From Raja brachyura (Eukaryota): DNA of 64,000 nucleotides. The notes under the pieces were generated by a model that had not been told where the DNA came from, did no database searches, and saw only the letters and a list, made by a program, of their open reading frames with translations. The DNA is taken from NCBI GenBank assembly GCA_963514005.1, contig OY740798.1, positions 20,646,001-20,710,000 of the forward strand. The letters are read 5' to 3'. A program made the position numbers and the translations under genes. Positions 50,851 through 63,393 of this stretch are shown one piece after another; the first letter of the stretch is position 1, and each line of letters opens with the position of its first letter.

Positions 50851-51711
50851 CTATTGCAAAAGAAGCAGTTATCTTAAAATTCAATCATGGCTATCATTAA
50901 TCAGAACACTGAAACAAGATACAAGATATACTGAAACAAATGAAAGTCTTGCACAAATTGTTAATTTTTGTAAAACTCTGTAATACATAATTGCATATTC
51001 TTTATATTTATGCATGCATGGAATTAAACAAGTTGGTTGGAAATTTGGAATTTCCTATCATGGCTTTTGTTTATGATTAACTCTATACTTTTTTTAAGCA
51101 TCAAAAGGAAGTGATGTGTGGAAAAGTGTTCAAACAAAATACACAAATTATCTTTGAGCTTTATTTTCTCATAGGTGATTGCAGTGATATTTGCATGTAT
51201 GAAGTCTATGCCATCATTCAAGAAATAAAAACGTTAAAAGTCCATTCTCAGTGTAATTGGCAATATCCAATTGCCAATGGTGTCTCATTGATAAAGATGC
51301 TGTTGTAAGGTTCATTTGAGACTATGCACTCAACTTTAACTGAACCTTGGGGCACAAAGTTGCCGTTCACATGTATTTTTGTTAATTTCACTCAAAAGTG
51401 TGATCAGATTGTCAGAGTCCTGACCTATGCCATTTGCTATATATTTGGTTCTTAGAGCACTGCACACATAACTCTTTCACTTCTGTTCTGTCCCTACTTC
51501 TCATACAAGATCTACTTTGGAAGGAAGTAGTCTTCCATTTTAGACAAAATGTTACCCAATTTATTTTTTGCTGAGGCAAGCAATAAGCACTCTAAGTAAA
51601 ATCTAATAAATACAAAGTAATTTGAAATTCTCATAATAAAATGTGCACAATTTAAAAGCTGCTATAAATGTAATACTTCATAACTGTAACCCTGACCCTC
51701 TATCCCGTTAC

Positions 51712-51861
51712 CTCGAATCTAAACGGACGAGTTGGGATATCCACTGCAGTCTCATCAGCAAGCGATTTAAATTGGGCATTGGTATGATCTCGCAGGAATG
51801 TCAGCACCGGTATTATGCCATCTGGATGGATACAGAGTTCCAATTCATTGAAACAAGTTAC
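51712..51861 (-). CDS. NDUFS3: NDUFS3 exon 4 (150 nt)
   Basis: [50 protein letters not shown]. Confidence 0.97.
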
Positions 51862-51969
51862 CTATTGAACAAAGGCAAGACAAAGATATGTAATGAAGAA
51901 AAATAAAAAATAATTGTAGGTACTAGGAATTTGAAATGAATACAGAAAATGCCAAAAACATTCAGCGGG

Positions 51970-52400
51970 TCATAGAGAGTCACAGAGGCATACAGTGTGG
52001 AAACAGGTCCTTCAAACTTACATGTCCATGCCAACCAACGTGTCCCATCTATACTCGTCCCACCTGCCTGCATTTAGCCCGTAACCTTCTAAACCTATCC
52101 TATCCATGTACCTGGCCAAATATTTTTTAAACATGGTAATAGTACTTGCCTCAATGTACCTCCTCTGGCAGCTTGTTTCATAAACCTACCACCCTTTGTG
52201 TAAAAAGCGTTGCCCCTCAGGTTCTTGATTATTCTGGGTAAAAGACTCTGTACATTTACCCTATTTATTCTCATGATTTTATACACCTCTATAAGATCAT
52301 CCCTCATCGTCCTGTGTTGTAAAGTCCGAGCCTGCTCAACCTCTCCCTACAGCTCAGGCACTTGATCCTGGCAACATCCTCGTAAATCTTCTCTGCATCC
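51970..52400 (-). mobile_element. CR1 LINE 3' end
   Basis: MRDDLIEVYKIMR... followed by the CR1 tail. Confidence 0.8.
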
Positions 52401-52523
52401 AAGCTGCATCAGTAAAAGTTTGTCATATTCACAAATATACATTTGACCATACTGTAGATTGAGACATATCAAATACAGTGACTCAATTGAGTCAAAGTAC
52501 AACCAAATTAGCCAGATGCTTAC

Positions 52524-52621
52524 CTGAATATGTTGGATATATTTGGGAAGAATTTCAGCGACATATTCACCAAACTGGGAGAGCTGGTTGCGCTGTAGTT
52601 CATTCCTTGGTCTGACAGTTG
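52524..52621 (-). CDS. NDUFS3: NDUFS3 exon 3 (98 nt)
   Basis: (P)[32 protein letters not shown]. Confidence 0.96.
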
Positions 52622-53586
52622 CTGCAAGATAAAATGCCTGATAAACCAAAAGTATGGAGTTTTTATCATGTTTTTCCCCCCATTAAAAGCATCCAGGCTT
52701 CTTGGTTCATTTTTCCAACAAATCTCAATGTGTCAGTCAATTTATTTTCCAAATCCAAGTATTAATAAATGGTGTTGCAATTGGAACAAGTTAAAATCGG
52801 ACCTGTCTGCACCTGGTGTTAGCTTTCCGAAACCTCTCCATCACCAAGTCACAAGTCAGGACTGTAATAGAAAGTTTTCCATATCTGGATGAGGGAATCT
52901 ACATTAATCATAGTTCAACATTACTTTGATGAAGGTAAGATTACTGGTAGGCAACACATCCATTGACTTAATCATCTACAGCATGTTAAGCAATAATTTG
53001 CTAAAACCAAAACAGCGGCACTTCACACAGCAGAAACCTTCATTTACAAGGATAAGGACAGCAGATACACAGAGTATCATCATCACTGCATTTCCCTCAG
53101 AGGGGCACATATCCTGACAGGGATGTATTGTCATTCATTACCACCAGACCAAAATTCTAATACAACTGTATTTCAGGTGTACCTTTAACACTTGGACCTC
53201 AGCAGAGTTAGAAAAAAGTTCATCACCATTTCTGCACAACCAATGGCAAACACACAATACTGTTTTCATCCGAGAGAACGATGAAATAAAAAATCCCACC
53301 TCACATATTATGTTGCTTAGTTAACTTAAATTTCCAATTCAACCCCAAGCACATGTTAATCAAAATATAAAAGATTATCCTTTATTACATACCACACCAC
53401 CTTTCCTTGTAACTGAATCCTCTCTTATGTGGCACTCTTGAAAAATTGTTTAGCTCTCCAAGTAGAGAACCATAATTACTAACTCCCTGTAAAAGAGCAC
53501 CTTTACTTGGAAGCTTCCCAATGTCGTCTGTGGATTTGCATATTAAAACCAAGATACAATTAAAAGAACATTTGGCAGTTACTTAC

Positions 53587-53649
53587 GACGTGTCTCGGGG
53601 GTCGATCCCTCAAACCTGGTTTGCGATACTGAAACACTCCAGCCCGGGG
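53587..53649 (-). CDS. NDUFS3: NDUFS3 exon 2 (63 nt)
   Basis: Acceptor ttttatcttag|, donor |gtaagt. (A)PGWSVSVSQTRFEGSTPETR. Phase 1-1 fits the neighbouring exons. Confidence 0.85.
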
Positions 53650-54182
53650 CTAAGATAAAAACACAGGCAAGATTTTAACATCTCATTTGGATCAAAATAA
53701 TTTGAAAAATGAATCTATGTATTTTACATAAACTGAAACTGTGATACAAATCAAAAACACACTTGATAAAGAAACATTAGGAATAAAAAATGACCGTTAA
53801 TTAAATGAAGCGCAATCTGAAAATATAAGTGATGTAACTTAAAATATAACTTGAGTACAAAATTAAAGTGGGATTCTTTAATAGGTCCATCAGCCTTGGC
53901 TCGTCTTGACAATGGACAAGTCAAGGTTCAAACCATTTTGCCCATAGTCTCGGACTCTTGGAGTACTCATGTCCCCTGCATCTCAAAAGTGACAAAGCTT
54001 TGTTTTTTATTCTGGACAGCTAGATGTAAATAATGTCATGGTATTATACTAGACACAAGAAAATAGTCTCAGCATCATTGTTAACATTTATCCTATTTAA
54101 AAACATTGATTGTTAACAATAATAAAAATGAAATAGCCTATTGATAAGTGAAGGTTTTTGGTTAGGAGGTAATATGTGGGTA

Positions 54183-56115
54183 CATAGAAACATAGAAAAT
54201 AGGTGCAGGAGTAGGTCATTTGGCCCTTCGAGCCTGCACCGCCATTCAATATGATCATGGCTGATCATCCAACTCAGTATCCCGTACCTGCCTTCTCTCC
54301 ATATCCCCTGATCCCTTTAGCTACAAGGGATCTAACTCCCTCTTAAACATAGCCAATGAACTGGCCTCAACTACCATCTGTGGCAGAGAATTCCAGAGAT
54401 TCACCACTCTCTGTGAAAATGTGAAAATTACCCTGTACAACTGCAGTAGAACCTCCCTGCTCCTATACTCAAATCCTTTTGCTATGAGAGAGAAAGAAAA
54501 TCACATAACTGAATGAGAGTACTGGTGCCAGCGAGGATCTGTAGCAGGGCTTCAGCTTTTAAACATAGAAAAGTATAATGCAGCAATAGGCTCTTCAGCC
54601 CATAATGTCTGTGCCAAACATGCCAGGAATAAACTAATCTCATCGGCTTATACATTACTCATATCCATTCCTATCTACCTTAAACACCACTATTGTGTCT
54701 GCCTCCACCGCCCTCCTGGCAGCGCACTCCAAGCACCCACCATCCTCTGTGTAAAACATTTACCCTGCACATCTCCTTTAAACTTTGCCCCACTCACCTT
54801 AAAGCTCTACCCTCCTGTATTTGAGATGCCCATCCTGTGAAAAAGGTTGACTGTCCACCATATCAATGCCTCTCATAATTTTATAAACTTCTAACAGGTT
54901 TCCTCTCAGTCACCAATGCACCAGAGAAAGCAACCCAACCTTTCCTTGTAACTAATATCGTCAAATCCAGGCATCACATGTATCTGCCATCTCTTGCCAA
55001 GATTTGTCCCATCGCTGCGTCTCTTCCAGCTTTCTCCCCCCTACTACTATCATCTTCCCAATGGTGCCAACCCAAAATGTTGCCCATCAGGTTCTCCAAA
55101 GATGCTGCTTAACCCACTGAGTTACTCCAGCATTTTGTGTCTTTTGCTTATAAACTAGCATCTGCTGTTCTTTGTGTCTAAAGGAAGTGTATGCCAGGTT
55201 TAAAAAGATGGAATCAGACAGGGCTTTTGTGGAATATAAAGCAAGGAGGAAAGAACTCAAGCGGCCAATTAGAAGGTACAAAAGGGGCCACAAAAATGAT
55301 TTGGTGAGTCAAATTAATGAAAATCCAAAGGCTTTTTATATCTACTTTAAAACCAAAAGGGAGAAGGTAGAGCAGCTCAAGGATTAACATGATTGAGTTT
55401 TTCGGGGAGGTGATGAATGTGTTCTAAGTCTCCTTAAAATTGGAGAATTCAACGTTCATTCTGTTGTGTTGTAAGCCACTGGAGGAGGCTTAGAATGCAA
55501 AGGTCAGCTTCTGAAGTTTACCAGAATGATGAGGGGAGGGTGATGGATGTTGTCTACATGAATTTAGTAAGGCATTTGTTAAAGTCTCCCCGGTAGGTTA
55601 ATACAGAAGAGTAACACACTGTTACAGGATTACCAGTGACTTGGTCGTATGGGCTCACAACTTGCTTACTGTTAGAAGGAGTAGGTTTGTGATGGAAAGA
55701 CAATATTCAGGCTGGAGACCTGTGGAGCTCTCTGGGAACCATGGCTGCTTAAATGTAGAAAAGTTGGTTAGTAAGTTTACCGATGCCTCCAAGATCGCTG
55801 GGGTTGGGGACTGTGAGGAAAGCTGTCAAAATATGCAGCAGTATATAGATCAGCTACAGAAATGGGTGGAGAAATGTCGGATGGCATTTAATCTGAGCAA
55901 GGGTGTGGTATGGCACTTTGGGAGGCCGAATGTAAAGATAATGAATTAATGGCAAGACCCTTAACAGCATTGAGGCGGAGATTGGTAGATTCTTGATTAG
56001 TAAGGGTATCAAGGGTTATGGGGAAAAGGTAGGAGAATGGGGTTGAGAGGGAATGATGGATCAGCCACAATTGAATAGTAGTGAACTCAATGGGCTACAC
56101 TTATGACTTATGAAC
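54183..56115. mobile_element. Cluster of CR1 fragments plus a pLTR in NDUFS3 intron 1
   Basis: CR1 tails on - (54183-54485, 54560-54980). RT remnants on + (INENPKAFYIY, VSKFTDASKIAG). Confidence 0.75.
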
Positions 56116-56310
56116 TTTCATTCCTTTTAGAAAATTCACATAGGTACATAATGTAAAACATAGGCTAATCTCTCAAAACCTATTTCCCTACATCATTTGG
56201 CTTTCCCCTCTTCCAGAACCTTTTGCTAAAACAGAAGAGCAAGTTCTCTCCAGTATCTCGTTGATGGGCCATTGTGCTGGAGGTGAGATGGTGGCAATTA
56301 AGCATTGACT

Positions 56311-56887
56311 GAAGATAGACACAAAATGCTGGAGTAACTCAGTGAGACAGGCAGCATCTCTGGAGAGAAGGAATGGGTGGCGATTCAGGTCAAGACTTTT
56401 CTTCAGACTGAGAGTCGGGGGAGAGGGAGATGAGATAAGGTAAGCTATGGACCAGGAAGGAGTGAAGACAACAGGTGAAAGCAGACGAAGATCAAGGAAA
56501 TGTAGAATGGTTCATTGTTGGTTGAGGGGATGGTGACAACAAGGCGTAACATCAGTAAAATTAATCAGGAGTAATTAGTCAGAGAACTAGGGTGGGGAGG
56601 GACGGAGATAGAGAGAAACCCAGGGTTGCGAAGTTAAAGAAATCAATATTAATGCCGCTGGGTTGTAAGTTGCCCAAGTGAAATATCAGGTGCTGTTCCT
56701 CCAATTTGCGTTTGGCCTCACAGACAGTGTAGGAGCCCCAGCACAGAAATGTCAGTCTGAAGAAGGGTCTCGACCCGAAACGTCACCCATTCCTTCTCTC
56801 CAGAGATGCTGCCTGTCCCACTGAGTTACTTTAGCATCTTGTGTCTATCTTCGATTTAAACCAGCATCTGCAGTTCTTTCCTACACA
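56311..56887. mobile_element. 5'-truncated Penelope insertion with an inverted second pLTR
   Basis: pLTR (-) at 56311-56410, then the Penelope C-terminus (LEEQHLIFHLGNLQPSGINIDF), then pLTR (+) at 56752-56887. Together these form a ~100-bp inverted repeat. Confidence 0.8.
56757..56784 (+). ncRNA. Minimal type I hammerhead-like core in a Penelope pLTR
   Basis: CTGAAGA-A-GGGTC-TC-GACCC-GAAA-CGTC. Helix I is only 2 bp. Confidence 0.5.
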
Positions 56888-57179
56888 CAAGGTCAGCATG
56901 TGAATGTGAATGGGAGGGGAAGTTAAAGTGTTCAAAGCCTCCACTCTCCTCGTTTAAACGCATATTCCTGCCACAGGTTAAATGCAGAAAGCAGATACGG
57001 GGAGACCTTGTTGTCCTCTGCAATCTCCACATCCTCCTACACTCTGATATGTTGTTCCGATACCAGCCCTGTCCGTGCCTGTGGATGCCCGAACCCTGCC
57101 TGATCTCCCTTTCCAACCCTGTCGATCCTCAGTGGCCCTGGAGCAAACAGCCAGCCGTGTCACCGAGAGAAGGTCAAAC

Positions 57180-57800
57180 AGCGGCACCATGAGAGGCTGG
57201 GGCGACTCGGCTCACGCCCGCCTTGCCCTGCCCTGCCTACCCGCCGGCCGCCTGTGCTGGGCCGGCGCACCCCGCCACCCCACCGTCTCCACCACCACCG
57301 CCGCCGTCGCCGCTCCCTCCTCACCCGAGTTCCGGAAGCTTCTCCGCAGCCCAGCGCAGGCCAAACTGACAAGCCTGGCCGCCATGGCAATGGGAACGGA
57401 AGCAGCAGCCGGCTGTACGCTCACTAATCCCTCCCCCTCTCCCCGCCGCCCCAACCCAACAGCGGGTCCCACACTAACCCTTCCCCTCCCCCCTGCACTG
57501 GAAGCGAAGCTGAGTGCGGCGCCTCTGGCCGACAGGTGACAAACTAGGTAATAGCAGTCTTTTTGGCAAAATAATACCAGTGAGTTAACATGGGCACCAG
57601 GCCCGAGGGATTTCCTCAATTTTCTGGCTGTGAGAGGACGTGTGGCTCAGATGGGCGGCTGTTATATATTCTCCACCAGAAGCCGCTGACAATCTGTCGG
57701 TGTTGGGCTTTTCCAGTCACTCGGCTGCAGCCACTCGGGCCGCAACAGGCCCCGGCTCTTCACGTACGTGTGGCCAGGCTCCCTCAGCTCCGTTTGTACG
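57180..57800. promoter_or_regulatory. CpG island / bidirectional promoter of NDUFS3 and KBTBD4
   Basis: GC/CpG-rich tract between head-to-head genes with CGGAAG ETS-type sites. Candidate + strand donors for a KBTBD4 first exon at 57536 and 57548. Confidence 0.8.
57325..57385 (-). CDS. NDUFS3: NDUFS3 exon 1 (mitochondrial targeting peptide)
   Basis: Kozak GCCATGG. MAARLVSLACAGLRRSFRNS is Arg-rich with no acidic residues. Donor G|gtgagg. Confidence 0.9.
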
Positions 57801-59120
57801 CCGATGCTCACCAATAATGTGAAGCCTTTTCCTCCGAATATTTAGGGTTTTTTTGTCTTTACATTCATTTGCTCGCAAGTTTATGGGAGTAAGCCGAACG
57901 TAAAATGTTGGTGTCAAAGCAGCGTAGAAATGTAGCTTCAAATTAACTTATCATTTAAAGAATATAAAATAATGGAAGCACCGAGTGAGTTATTTTATAT
58001 TTGGAAAGAGTAAATATAATAGAATTCAATTAGAAATGTCCGGTTTTGGAAAACCGATGTACCTTTTCCGAAATGAAGATGTAATATTCAACGGTGATTT
58101 TCTTCATTATACTCACACATTAAAATGATAATTATTTTTAAAATATCTAAGAAAATCAGTGAATCTAAGGATTGGCAGCATTTTGAAATTCAACAAAGGA
58201 TGACCATGAAATTACTAAAGATACAGGAAAACCGAAACACATGAAACCGATTATGTAAATAGGAAAAGATTAGGCGAGTGTAAATTAGGGTCTGGTACAG
58301 AGAGAGATGGAGAATTTGCATTGAATTGGGTTAAGAATACTAGAAAATTATATTCTATTCTATTGATCATCTTAGAGCAAGTTACAAAAATTCTCCCAGA
58401 AATTCTATGGGATAAAAAGGTGAAGTGCAAATAAGAAAGCAAAAGAAAATTATGAGTAAAGAAATATTACTAGAGAAGTATTAATGAGCTGAAAATTTAG
58501 GTTCTCAGCACCTGATGATTTACATCCCAGAGGTTTTGGAGAATTGACTGTCTAAATGCACTGGCATGTAAATGATGATGTAACCTCTAATTGTCATCTT
58601 ACAAAGTTTTGTAGATTTTGGAACAATTTCTGCAAAATTTGAGGTTAGCAAATGTGTCTCCACTATTTAAGAAAGAAACAAGAGGTAAAATGAAGAATTA
58701 CTTGACTAAAGTTGTTAAGTGGGATGGGTCCCTCCCATTCACATTCACATGCTGACCTTGTGTGTAGCTTTTTCTAACCTTCACAAAAATGATGGGCTAA
58801 AAGATCCTTGTGCATGATACTACTTCTTATCGAGTCAACACCACAAGATTAGAATTTGTTCAGCCAGAGCTGAACACACTTCTCGGCATCTGCACACAAT
58901 GACGTCTTGCACTTGTGTGTAGTGGTGGAAAGATAGGTGGAAACAGGGCCGCAACGTGAACGCTCTTTCCTTGGCCCCTGCATGATACTGAATGTATGAT
59001 ATAGGGTGTTTGTGTTTTTAGACAAAACAACTTACCACATATAATATGGTGATATTTTGCAATATAGGGAAAACAATTGTATTATGAATTTTATTCCCAT
59101 AGGATCTGATTGTGCCAGTT

Positions 59121-59724
59121 ATGGAACCAGGGAGTGACATGGGAGGTGCAACCATTGCAGGTCCAACTGAAGAGAGTTATTTTATGAGCTATACCTTCAC
59201 AGACAGATTACACTCCGTCCGAGTTGCTCAGAGCATAATGGATCTGTGTCTTGAAGACAGGTTGTTTGCAGATGTTACCATCTCTGTGGAAGGTAAAGAA
59301 TTCCAGCTTCATAGGCTAGTTCTTTCTGCTCAGAGCTGCTTCTTCCGCTCCATGTTCACCTCTAATTTAAAGGAAGCTCACAATGATGTTATAGAATTAA
59401 AAGATGTGAATGCGAGCGTTTTCCAGCTCCTTGTGGAATATATCTACCGGGGAACTGTAAAACTGAGAGTGGAGGACCTTCAGGAAACATATGAAGTGGC
59501 GGATATGTACCAATTGACCTCGCTTTTTGAAGAATGCTCTCGGTTTCTGGCTCGGACAGTTGACATCAGGAACTGTTTACAAGTCATGTGTTTAGCAGAT
59601 CAGCACAGTGACCAGAAACTGTATACAGCGGCAAAACAGTGTGCAAAAACACATCTGTCCCAGCTTCACAAGACGGAAGATTTTGTGAAACTGCCCTTTA
59701 GATTGTTCACGGACATCATTAAAG
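59121..59724 (+). CDS. KBTBD4: Kelch repeat and BTB domain-containing protein 4, BTB/BACK exon
   Basis: Acceptor ttcccatag| at 59102, ATG at 59121. LFADVTISVEGKEFQLHRLVLSAQSCFFRSMFTSNLKEAHN...DMYQLTSLFEECSRFLART. Donor AAAG|gtatgt. Confidence 0.96.
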
Positions 59725-61384
59725 GTATGTGCTTATCTAACATTTCACATGATGGGGACATTTAAACATTTTATTAATTAAAGGAATATATGGGAGAAAA
59801 TGTATATGCTATCCAAAATCTAAGATAATTTTACCAGGAGGCTAGGTATTTTATGTAACAAATAATGGTGTAGCCTTTCCAGAGAAGGACATTTTTCATA
59901 TTTATTCCTGTATTCTGCAGCAAATGCATTTTATATATACATGTTTTAATAAATACTTTTTTCAATTTGGTCTTGGAAAATATGTGATCCTAAATATGCA
60001 GCTAACCAGGTTTTTTAATATTTCTTTTACAGATTTTTATTTTGAGCTGCAGCTTACTAATGACAGGGATATACAAAACAGGATTGATTATTACTATTAA
60101 AAATTATTTTAATGTGTCATAGTGTGATTAAAATAAATAAGTAAATAAATCCCTCTTACACAAGGAAGCAATAATTACATTATTAATTGCCTTTGAGGAT
60201 ATTGACCAATTAATCAATTTCCTGAAAGACTAATTAAATGCCTTTAATGCATGTCTGAACGTTAAAAAAAACGTTAAGAGACCCATTCTATTATTTTCTA
60301 ATTAAGCTGTTCATAGAAATAAACAGCTACGAAGAAACATTCAGTTGGCCATGCCAGTTTTGACTCTTTGGAAGAGCTGTCAAATTAGTCCCAGTCTCTT
60401 GTTTTTATTTCCATCAATCCAAACATTCTATTTTCAATTATATACACAATTCCCATCAGAATGTGCAGATAAATTTGCTTCTATTACTTTTCCAGACAGT
60501 GTTTTTTAATTAATAACACTACTTCACAAAAATAATCCTTTTGACAGCATCCATTGGTTATCAGCCAGGCAATATAAATTGTTTTTCCCCTTGATGACTT
60601 TGAATAACTTTGAAACGTTCCTGTAACCTCTTCATTCAAGGAACATTCCTAATGTAACTAGTCGTTCCAAGTAATTGAACCCTCTCATTCCTAGTTTCAT
60701 TCTAACATAATTACTCTATTCCTATTCCAAAGGCTTGATGGCATTTTGCAAACTAATTAAGCTGATTACTCTCCTGGTTTACCATTTCATAATCATAATA
60801 ATAATCATACTTTATTAGCCAAGTATGGTTTGCAACATACGAGGAATTTGATTTTGGGAGTCAAATACTGTCAAAATCATTCAACTTGTTATATAGAGGA
60901 AACTGAATGTTTCCTGAAGAAGAGTCTCGAGCCGAAATATCACCTATTCTTTTTCTCCAGAGATGCGGTCTGACCCGCTGAGTTACTCCAGCTTTTTGTG
61001 TCTATCTTCGGTTTAAACCAGCATCTGCAGTTCCTTCCTAGACAAACTGAATGTTTTATTGGGTGGACTTCCTTTGAATTAAATGTATTGCCTTCAGTTA
61101 TCTAAAATATGTGCACAATCTACAGCTTTCAGTGTGCCAAAAAAGTTTTGACAAACAAGGATATTAATGGTCTACTGATCTAAACACTTTGAAAAGTAGA
61201 ATAGTTGACTCTAATTTTTGTTACGAATCAATTACTTTTGGAAATATGTGCAACACTTTAATACAGTACAGGAAACTGATTAATTACAGATGTCTGAAGA
61301 TTAACCATGATGAAGGGCAGTAAACAAAGCCATTTAATGTGCTTCCAAGTGTATCTTGCTTTATTTAGTCTGGGTAAAATCAAG

Positions 61385-61650
61385 TCAATCTTGGAAGTTT
61401 AACTATTTGCAAACAGTTTTTATCCACGAGTAGTTGCTCTACTCAACAGCCAAAAATCTGTAGCCTCCCTTTGATCTGGTATTTTGTTCGTTCACATGCT
61501 TGATCAATGGTGTTTTATCATTAATGTCTTATTATTATCAATGTTTAGTGTTTTCCGAATCATTTGTAACTGTCACTGTATGTCATGTTGTTACTTGTGG
61601 GCGGACCACCAAGGCAAATTCCTTGTATGTGAATACTTGGCCAATAACCG
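61385..61650 (+). mobile_element. LINE 3' UTR (Rex1/Babar-like)
   Basis: NSFYPRVVALLN-type terminus followed by a UTR ending ...AAATTCCTTGTATGT...TACTTGGCCAATAA. A related tail lies at about 60795-60855 (-). Confidence 0.55.
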
Positions 61651-62394
61651 TACTTATCATATTTTTGACAAATATCAGTGGAGATTGAAAATTTAAAATA
61701 TTTGTAATTCTTAAGTTAACTTTGAGGTTGAATAAAGCCAGATCATCTTTCTTTAGTAATGGTGATATTACAAGAAAAGTCCAAGTTACGACAAGGTTAA
61801 ATTCCCAAGATCTACAAGGATGTACAAATAATAGGATTAATTAATAAATTAGTTTCCTTGATTTTGTTTTCTGCAACAGGAATGAGAGATAGTAGAATTA
61901 TGTGACAAGAAACTGCAGATGCTGCCAGTCTTGTGCAAATGACAAAATGCTGGAGGAGTTCAGCGATACAGGCAGTATCTGTGGAGGGAATGGTCAGACA
62001 ACGTTTAAGGTCAGGACCCTTCTTCAGACCCAAATCAAAGCAATAGTGGAAAAAATTTCTATTCCACCAAAATCAGGCTTGCATGGCCAGGGGGTTGATA
62101 TTGTCAATAGACCCTGTCATTTCCAAAGTCATAACTATTTGGCCTGAGTAATGGAGTAATGGAGATGCCCGCACTAACTGGGTTACAGCTGGGTTAAAGT
62201 TCCTCTTTAGAAGGGCAGTGATGCAAACATTGTTCATGGGTTTGCAGAAAAATGCTCGCCAGACTTTCTTACAACTTTCGCTTACTGTAGCATTTGATTC
62301 CTGCAATGCCATATCCTCACATGTCATGGACATGATTTGTTGGGAGATTGAGGAAACAACAGTGGACTTCTGACTAACATTAATAATTCGCATT

Positions 62395-63125
62395 TACGAG
62401 GACCTGCGCTATAGGGAGAGATTGGGCTAGCTAGGACTTTATTCTTTGGAGTGCAGGATGCTAAAGGGTAAGTTTCTAAAGATATATAAAATAATGAGGG
62501 GTACAGATAGAATGAATGGACAGAGTTGTTTTCCCAGCATAGGGGAATCGAGAACTAGAGAGCATAAGCTGAGTGGGGAAAGAAACAGGATAATGAGGGG
62601 CAACGTTTTCTGACACAGGGTGGTGGGAGTATGGAACAAACTGACAGGTGAAGTAATTAAGTCGGGTACAACAGTATTTTAAAGACAGTTGGGCCGTTTC
62701 ATGGATAGGTAATGTTTAGAGGGATATACAGTGTGGAAACGGGCCCTTTGGCCCAACTTGCCCACACTGGCCAACATGTCCCAGCTACACTAGTCCCATC
62801 TGCCAGTGTTTGGTTCATATCCTTCCAAACCTGTCCTATCCATGTTTCTTAAATGTTCAGATAGTTCCTGCCTCAACTACCTCCTCTGGCAGCTTGTTCC
62901 ATACACCCACCATCCTTTGTGTGAAAAAGTTACCCCTCAGATTCCTGTTAAATCTTTTCTCCTTTACCTTAAACCTATGTCCTCTGGTCCTCGATTGGCC
63001 AACTCTGTGCAAGAGACTCTGTGCATCTACCCTCTCTATTCCTCTCATGAGCCAGGCAAATCAGACAAGCTGAGATGGGGCATCTTAGTATGCAAGGATG
63101 ATTTGGGCTGAAGGGCCTGTGCTGA
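62395..63125. mobile_element. CR1 3' ends on both strands, nested
   Basis: RTRGHRFKVKEKRFNRNLRGNFFTQRMVGVWNKLP (-) lies inside a + strand copy. Confidence 0.8.
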
Positions 63126-63286
63126 GTGTTTAAGCCTATATCAAGGCTTACCTCCAAAATACCTTGGTGGATTCCTAGACAAGAACAATTGGGTCAGTAG
63201 TCTGTGGTCTTGAGCCACAGTCTGGACTCTAGTTATAAATAATAAAAAGATTCGAAACAACAACATTTTCTTTTATGATACTCTAG

Positions 63287-63393
63287 ATGGCGTTCCCAGC
63301 TCCCAGAAACCAGCCAAAGCAATAGAAACCTGGATTGACCATGACAAGGAAGAGCGAGTACAATACTCTGAGAACCTGTTATCCAGTTTAAAG
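63287..63393 (+). CDS. KBTBD4: KBTBD4 next coding exon (107 nt); the gene continues beyond the window
   Basis: Acceptor ctctag|, donor AAG|gtacgg. (D)GVPSSQKPAKAIETWIDHDKEERVQYSENLLSSLK matches KBTBD4 DGVPCSQNPTEAIEAWI. Confidence 0.93.

Noticed and set aside
57075-57822. Long Ala/Arg/Pro-rich ORFs in the CpG island
   Set aside because: An effect of GC-richness. Only 57325-57385 (NDUFS3 exon 1) has Kozak and splice support.
59725-59765. KBTBD4 ORF ending at 59765
   Set aside because: Read-through into the intron. The exon ends at the 59724 donor and continues at 63287.
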